Below, piece by piece: positions 59,138 to 64,000 of a DNA stretch of 64,000 bases (position 1 is the first letter of the stretch; each line of letters starts with the position of its first letter). The notes under the pieces were generated by a model. It had not been told where the DNA came from. It did not search any database and worked only from the letters and a program-made list of their open reading frames with translations. The position numbers were made by a program, and so were the translations under genes. The DNA comes from Desulfovibrio sp. (lineage in GTDB: Bacteria; Desulfobacterota; Desulfovibrionia; Desulfovibrionales; Desulfovibrionaceae): NCBI GenBank assembly GCA_022839785.1, contig JALHJW010000010.1, forward strand, positions 23,669-87,668. The letters are read 5' to 3'.

Positions 59138-59764
59138 ATGCAGCAGGCCATTGCGGCCATCACGGACGGCAAGTGCCTGATCTACCCCACGGAGACGCTC
59201 TACGCCGTGGGTGCGGGCGCTTTTCACGCCAGGGCCGTGCAGGAGATCCTCCGGCTCAAGGCGCGTCCGGCGGATAAACCCCTGCCCATCATCATCGGCA
59301 GCATGGACCAGCTCGGCATGGTCACGGGCTGGTTCTCCAAGGCTTTTGCCCGGCTGACCGCCTTCTTCTGGCCGGGACCGCTCTCCGTGCTCGTGCCCAC
59401 GGGCCGCAAGCTGCCCGAGCAGGTGCGCGACGGGGGCGGCTTCACCTCGGTGCGGCTGACCGCCCATCCCCTGGCCCGCGAGCTGTGCCTGCGCGCGGGC
59501 ACGCCGCTCATCGCCACCAGCGCCAACCGCACCGGCCGTCCGCCCGCCTCCCGGCCCGAGGAGATCGACCCAGCCCTGGCGGGGGAGGTGGCCTGCGTGC
59601 TGCGTGACAAGCCCTGGCCCGGCGGCGGGCTGCCCTCCACCGTGGTTCGCTGTTTGGGCACGGCGGACCTGGAGGTCCTGCGCGAAGGCGCCGTGAGCCG
59701 GGCCGCCCTGGAGGCCGCGGGCTTCACCCTGCGCGAGGCGGGCGGCGTCCGGCGTCCGGTATGA
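59138..59764 (+). CDS. tsaC: L-threonylcarbamoyladenylate synthase (TsaC/YrdC/Sua5)
   Basis: YPTETLY, LKARPADKP, FWPGPLS, ATSAN, PSTVV, LREGA. Confidence 0.9.
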   Translation: MQQAIAAITDGKCLIYPTETLYAVGAGAFHARAVQEILRLKARPADKPLPIIIGSMDQLGMVTGWFSKAFARLTAFFWPGPLSVLVPTGRKLPEQVRDGGGFTSVRLTAHPLARELCLRAGTPLIATSANRTGRPPASRPEEIDPALAGEVACVLRDKPWPGGGLPSTVVRCLGTADLEVLREGAVSRAALEAAGFTLREAGGVRRPV

Positions 59765-59826
59765 AAATTTGAACCGGCCGGAGGCCGTAGCGCGGGTTTC
59801 GGCCGCTCCGGTACAAATTCTGGTAC
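59759..59826. promoter_or_regulatory. Enhancer-like palindrome pair 1 (GTAT-N8-GAAC 59759-59774; GTAC-N8-GTAC 59811-59826)
   Basis: Two related 16-bp sites, 52 bp start-to-start, upstream of sigma54 promoter 1. Confidence 0.65.
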
Positions 59827-59903
59827 CGGCCGGGACTGGGGAAACACCTCGCGTTCCGGTGCAAGGCGTTGGAAAAGCGGAATCTTTCGCCATGTCCCGG
59901 TGT

Positions 59904-59920
59904 TGGCACAGTCCCTGCTA
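59904..59920 (+). promoter_or_regulatory. sigma54 (-24/-12) promoter 1
   Basis: TGGCACAGTCCCTGCTA with GG(59905-6)-N10-GC(59917-8). Confidence 0.78.
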
Positions 59921-59929
59921 GAAAAAAAC

Positions 59930-59995
59930 GCACTTCCTTCCTTTTTTTGCCGAAACCGGCTTTCACGGGGTGGTCCCGTCAAAGCCGGTTTTGCA
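59930..59995 (+). ncRNA. Putative sigma54-dependent small RNA, copy 1
   Basis: Starts at the predicted +1; C/U-rich 5' strand, then an 11-bp plus 5-bp stem with GTGGT loop and a short U run; paralogue at 60444. Confidence 0.62.
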
Positions 59996-60271
59996 TTGTC
60001 GGGTCTGGCTTTCGGATCGCCGCCTCCTGTTTCGGGTATTGTCCGCGACCCGGAATTTCGCTCCTCCCTCCCGTACAAATTTATGAACCGGCGGCGTCGT
60101 TCCGGCCTGCGCGGGGTGGGGAAGCGCGGTCCGCTGCGCCGCCGCGTCCGGCTTGTGGACGTTTCCTCCTGAAATCGGCCGTCCGGCGGCCGCGACGCGC
60201 TGCTGTGCCCGTGTCCGTGGCGCGGCGGCAGGCCGGACAGGAGGGCAGACCCGGCCGCGCCGCCCGGAGGG

Positions 60272-60339
60272 GTACAAAAACATGTACCGCCGCCGGGCTG
60301 TTTTGGGGCTGCGCCCGGGAGGAGTACAAATTGTGGAAC
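60272..60339. promoter_or_regulatory. Enhancer-like palindrome pair 2 (GTAC-N8-GTAC 60272-60287; GTAC-N8-GAAC 60324-60339)
   Basis: Same motif and same 52-bp spacing as pair 1, upstream of sigma54 promoter 2. Confidence 0.7.
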
Positions 60340-60374
60340 GGCAGGACGCGTGGAAATTCGGGGCTTCTTTGTTG

Positions 60375-60387
60375 TAATTAATTGATA
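60375..60387 (-). promoter_or_regulatory. IHF binding site
   Basis: Reverse complement TATCAATTAATTA is an exact match to WATCAANNNNTTR, within an AT-rich tract between enhancer and promoter. Confidence 0.7.
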
Positions 60388-60417
60388 TGTAATGATATTT
60401 TTTGTTTTTTGAGGCGT

Positions 60418-60434
60418 TGGCACGATCTCTGCTA
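60418..60434 (+). promoter_or_regulatory. sigma54 (-24/-12) promoter 2
   Basis: TGGCACGATCTCTGCTA with GG(60419-20)-N10-GC(60431-2). Confidence 0.82.
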
Positions 60435-60443
60435 GATTGAGAT

Positions 60444-60510
60444 CACCTTCCTTTCTTTGCTGAAACCGGCTTTTGCGGGGTGGTCCCGCCAAAGCCGGTT
60501 TCGTGTTTTC
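60444..60510 (+). ncRNA. Putative sigma54-dependent small RNA, copy 2
   Basis: C/U-rich 5' strand, 12-bp plus 5-bp stem with the same GTGGT loop, compensatory G-C for copy 1 A-U, U-rich tail. Confidence 0.65.
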
Positions 60511-60688
60511 CGGCCGGTCGCGTCCGTCTCTTTTTCCGGTAAAAGAGCGCAGCGGCGTGATTTCTTTGGGAGCACCCGGCTGCTTTGCCTTGTCACGGGC
60601 CATGATTTCCCCTACTCTCGAAACTCGGAAATGTTTCGGCCGGGCCGCGCCCGGTCCGCCCACGCCTTCTGCCGGTACCGGAGACGCC

Positions 60689-61195
60689 ATGCTCAAGACG
60701 ATCCTCTGCCCGCACTGCGGCCGAGGGATTTCCGTGTTCGCCAACCCTGCGCCCACGGTGGACATCCTGGTCTACCTGCCGTGGAAGGGGGTGATCCTTG
60801 TGGAGAGGGCGAACGAGCCCCACGGCTGGGCCCTGCCCGGCGGCTTCGTGGACGAGGGGGAGAGCGCGGAGCACGCCGCCGTGCGCGAGGCGCGCGAGGA
60901 GATAGGGCTGGACGTGCAGCTCACAGGCCTTCTCGGCGTCTACTCACGGCCCGACCGCGATCCCCGCTCCCACACGCTGTCCGTGATCTACACGGCCCTC
61001 CCCCTGACCCCCGACGACCCCCGGGCGGGAGACGACGCCCGCCGCGCCGCCTGGTTTCCCCTGGACCGCCTGCCCGCGCCCGTCGTCTTCGACCACGCCG
61101 AGATTCTGCGCGATTTCGCCGATTCGCTGGCGCGGGCGGGCCGTTTCGCCGGGGCCGTGCGTCCCGCCACCGCAGCCGCTCCCCGCGCCCCATAG
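60689..61195 (+). CDS. NUDIX hydrolase with N-terminal CxxC
   Basis: CPHC; Nudix box [23 protein letters not shown]; GGAG RBS. Confidence 0.9.
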   Translation: MLKTILCPHCGRGISVFANPAPTVDILVYLPWKGVILVERANEPHGWALPGGFVDEGESAEHAAVREAREEIGLDVQLTGLLGVYSRPDRDPRSHTLSVIYTALPLTPDDPRAGDDARRAAWFPLDRLPAPVVFDHAEILRDFADSLARAGRFAGAVRPATAAAPRAP

Positions 61196-61203
61196 GAACC
61201 GCC

Positions 61204-62691
61204 ATGCCCGCAGCCGAGCGCGACCGCTACGACATCGTCTTCGTGACCTCGGAGATGTTTCCCTTCTCCAAGACCGGCGGTCTGGCCGACGTGCTCGGCG
61301 CGCTGCCTCCGGCCCTGGCCCGTCTGGGGCTCAAGGTGGGCGTGGTGACGCCGCTTTACGGCCGCATGAAGGCCGAGGAGTTCGACCCGCGCCTGGTCTC
61401 CTCGGACTGCCACGTGGGCTACCCCTGGCCGCCCATCACCGCGGAAATCTACCAGACAGAGTACTACGGCGTGACCGTCTGGTTCGTCTCGCGCGACGAG
61501 TTCTTCGACCGCCGCCAGTACTACAACACCTACAAGGGCGACTATTTCGACAACTGCGAGCGCTTCACCTTCTTCAGCCGCGCCGCGGTGGAATGGCTCA
61601 AGCGCCTCGGGCGCGCGCCGCGCATCGTGCACGTCAACGACTGGCAGTCCGGCCTGGTTCCGGCCTGGATACATTTCCTGAAGCGCACCGATCCCTATTG
61701 GAAGGACACGCGCACGGTCATGACCATCCACAACCTGGCCTTCCAGGGCCGCTTCTCCTCGCGCCTCTTCTTCGACTCCGGCCTGCCGCACGAGGCTTGG
61801 CACATGGACGGCTGCGAGTTTTGGGGCGACTTCAACCTGCTGAAGTCGGGCATCGCCTATGCCGACGCCATCACCACGGTCAGTCCGTCCTACGCCGCGG
61901 AGATCCTGACGCACGAGTTCGGCTGCGGCCTGGAGGGCATCCTCAACAAGCGCGCGGGCTCCCTGCGCGGGATCATCAACGGCGCGGACTACGACGTCTG
62001 GGACCCCAAGCGGGACCGCTACATCCCGTCCTGCTACGCGGCCGACCGCATGACCGGCAAGATGTGGTGCAAGAAGAAGCTGATCCGCGAGTACTACCTC
62101 TCGGACATGCTGGAGCACCGCCCCATCCTGGGCTTCATCGGCCGCCTGCGCCGGCAGAAGGGCATCGATCTGCTCATCGACATCATGCCCGAGGTCATGG
62201 CCATGAACGTAGGCGTCATCATCCTGGGCGAGGGCAACCTCGACTTCGAGGCCCGGCTCCTGGAGATGATGGAGGAATATCAGGGGCAGCTGCACGTCAT
62301 CGTCGGCTACACCGAGGAACTGGCCCACCGCATCCAGGCGGGCTGCGACATCTTCCTCATGCCCTCGCGCTACGAGCCCTGCGGCCTGACCCAGATGTAC
62401 GCCCTGCGCTACGGCACGCCGCCCGTGGCCACGGCTGTGGGCGGCCTCAAGGACACCATCGTGCCGTACCCCTCGGACGAGGCCACGGGCTTCACCTTCG
62501 CCCGGCCGGACAGCCGCCTCTTCCGCGACGCCGTGCGCGATGCGGTGCGGTGCTGGGAGGATTCGGAGTGCTGGGACGGCTTGGTGCGCCGGGCCATGGC
62601 CAGCGATTTCTGCTGGGATCGCTCGGCCGAGAGGTACCTGGAGCTGTACCGCGACCTCGGTCTGGCGCCCAGGCAGGATTTTTTGCGTTGA
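61204..62691 (+). CDS. glgA: Glycogen synthase (ADP-glucose type)
   Basis: [49 protein letters not shown]. Confidence 0.96.
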   Translation: MPAAERDRYDIVFVTSEMFPFSKTGGLADVLGALPPALARLGLKVGVVTPLYGRMKAEEFDPRLVSSDCHVGYPWPPITAEIYQTEYYGVTVWFVSRDEFFDRRQYYNTYKGDYFDNCERFTFFSRAAVEWLKRLGRAPRIVHVNDWQSGLVPAWIHFLKRTDPYWKDTRTVMTIHNLAFQGRFSSRLFFDSGLPHEAWHMDGCEFWGDFNLLKSGIAYADAITTVSPSYAAEILTHEFGCGLEGILNKRAGSLRGIINGADYDVWDPKRDRYIPSCYAADRMTGKMWCKKKLIREYYLSDMLEHRPILGFIGRLRRQKGIDLLIDIMPEVMAMNVGVIILGEGNLDFEARLLEMMEEYQGQLHVIVGYTEELAHRIQAGCDIFLMPSRYEPCGLTQMYALRYGTPPVATAVGGLKDTIVPYPSDEATGFTFARPDSRLFRDAVRDAVRCWEDSECWDGLVRRAMASDFCWDRSAERYLELYRDLGLAPRQDFLR

Positions 62692-62792
62692 AATACTTGC
62701 GGGAAAGGCTTGCGACCGTAACATGATAGAGATATATGATCGGGCAGTCTCATGAACATGCGAGACCGCGCCAGACCCCAGGAGGTACGGAC

Positions 62793-63101
62793 GTGTCCTT
62801 TACCAAGAAGTTCCTGAAGAACAAGCCGCTGTGCAAGGTCACCTTCACGCTGCCCCCCGAAGCCGCCAAGGACGCGACGAAGGTCTTCCTCGTGGGCGAA
62901 TTCAATGAATGGAAGGTCGATTCCACGCCCATGCGCAAGAACAAAGACGGCAGCTTCACCAGGTCCCTCGACCTGCCGACGGGGCGCGACTACCAGTTCC
63001 GCTACCTCATCGACGGGCGCGAGTGGGAGAACGACTGGCAGGCCGACCGCTACGAGTTCAGCCCCTTCGGCAACTGCGAGAACTCGGTCGTCAGCCTCTA
63101 G
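62793..63101 (+). CDS. Isoamylase early-set / CBM48 glycogen-binding protein
   Basis: VFLVGEFNEW...M..NKDGSF...L..G.DYQFRYLIDG.EWEND; GGAGG RBS, GTG start. Confidence 0.88.
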   Translation: MSFTKKFLKNKPLCKVTFTLPPEAAKDATKVFLVGEFNEWKVDSTPMRKNKDGSFTRSLDLPTGRDYQFRYLIDGREWENDWQADRYEFSPFGNCENSVVSL

Positions 63102-63204
63102 ACCGGCCTCTCCGGCGTTTTTTTCTCCGGCCGCGGGCGGCGCGTTGCGCCGCGCCGTCCGGCCGCGCCGCGTCCTTTCGCCACCTCGAACAGCAGTGAG
63201 CGCC

Positions 63205-64000
63205 ATGCAGCCGAGCACCGCACCCGCCTACATTCCGCCCTTCGACCTCTACCTCTTCGGCAAGGGGCAGCATTGGGACCTGTACCGCATTCTCGGGGCG
63301 CACCCGGCGGCCCACGACGGCCGCCCGGGCTGGCGTTTCGCGGTATGGGCCCCCAACGCCCGGGCCGTGTCCGTCGTCGGCGACTTCAACGACTGGGCCG
63401 TGGGGGCGCATCCGCTCCATCCCGTGGGCGTCTCGGGCATCTGGGCCGGATTCATTGCCGATCTCGCGCAGGGTGTCCTGTACAAATACGCCGTGGAGAC
63501 GCAGAGCGGGCACGTCGCGGTCAAGACCGACCCCTTCGCCTTTTCCACGGAATTGCGGCCCGGCAACGCCTCGCGTCTCTGGCCCCTGGACAACCACGAG
63601 TGGCATGACGGCGGGTGGATGAGCCGCCGCCGCGAACAGGGGCTTCCCCTGGACAAGCCGATCTCCATGTACGAGGTGCATCCCGGCTCCTGGGCCTGGG
63701 CGGGCCACGAGTACGGCTCCTTCCTCGATTTCCGCGCCCTGGCCGACCGTCTCGTGCCCTATGTGCGCGACATGGGCTTCACCCACATCGAGTTCATGCC
63801 CGTGGCCGAGCACATGCTCGACCAGTCCTGGGGCTACCAGACCACGCACTACTTCGCGCCCACGGCCCGCCACGGCCGTCCCGAGGACCTCAAGTACCTC
63901 ATCGACCGCTGCCACCAGGAGGGCATCGGCGTGATCCTGGACTGGGTGCCGGGTCATTTCCCCAAGGACGACTGGTGCCTGGGCCGCTTCGACGGCACGG
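63205..64000 (+). CDS. glgB: 1,4-alpha-glucan branching enzyme, 5' part (runs off window; absent from ORF track)
   Basis: Own translation: DLYLFGKG.HWDLY..LGAH...FAVWAPNA..VSVVGDFNDW...KTDPFA...YEVHPGSW...MGFTHIEFMPVAEH...SWGYQ...DWVPGHFP. Confidence 0.95.
   Translation, partial: MQPSTAPAYIPPFDLYLFGKGQHWDLYRILGAHPAAHDGRPGWRFAVWAPNARAVSVVGDFNDWAVGAHPLHPVGVSGIWAGFIADLAQGVLYKYAVETQSGHVAVKTDPFAFSTELRPGNASRLWPLDNHEWHDGGWMSRRREQGLPLDKPISMYEVHPGSWAWAGHEYGSFLDFRALADRLVPYVRDMGFTHIEFMPVAEHMLDQSWGYQTTHYFAPTARHGRPEDLKYLIDRCHQEGIGVILDWVPGHFPKDDWCLGRFDGT

Noticed and set aside
59930-60510. Reading the repeats as minus-strand CsrA-binding (GGA) RNAs or as a CRISPR array
   Set aside because: Promoter geometry points to the plus strand; GGA motifs are not in hairpin loops; only two copies about 510 bp apart and no cas genes
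59724-60765. ORFs in the tsaC-NUDIX gap (59724..59966, 59869..60381, 59900..60172, 59224..60765 etc.)
   Set aside because: No RBS or motif support, atypical composition, and the conserved blocks respect stems and spacing rather than reading frame

Overview
GC-rich bacterial chromosomal segment. By gene content and order it is most likely a Desulfovibrionaceae (sulfate-reducing Desulfobacterota) genome; this is inference, not a database result. Most of the window is housekeeping: lipA end, recJ, pyrF-gmk-DUF370-yicC-mtaB, mnmA, gatCA, hrcA-grpE-dnaK, rfbBD, tRNA-Val(CAC), trmL, cbiB, proC, ndk, an ABC importer, envC-like/ctpA, pglB-like oligosaccharyltransferase, prmA, argD, dut, glgP, a B12-riboswitch-controlled cbiK/ABC/cbiL operon, trmH, tsaC and a NUDIX-glgA-CBM48-glgB glycogen cluster. 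The strongest unexplained signal is non-coding, at 59759-60510. Two tandem copies (about 513 bp apart) share one architecture: paired GTAC-N8-GWAC palindromes 52 bp apart, an IHF-like site, a sigma54 -24/-12 promoter, then a ~65-nt pyrimidine-rich leader plus hairpin with a compensatory base change. This suggests a pair of unannotated sigma54-dependent small RNAs. Other notable items are a ~1198-aa orphan toxin-like protein (1697-5293), a MITE/REP-like element behind the tRNA, a stand-alone PglB with a WWDFG motif, a 50-aa Cys-rich small protein and tandem CbiK paralogues. No CRISPR array, integrase or transposase is visible. Many ORF-track calls are GC-rich shadow frames or over-extended starts, so starts were re-assigned by eye from RBS and homology logic.
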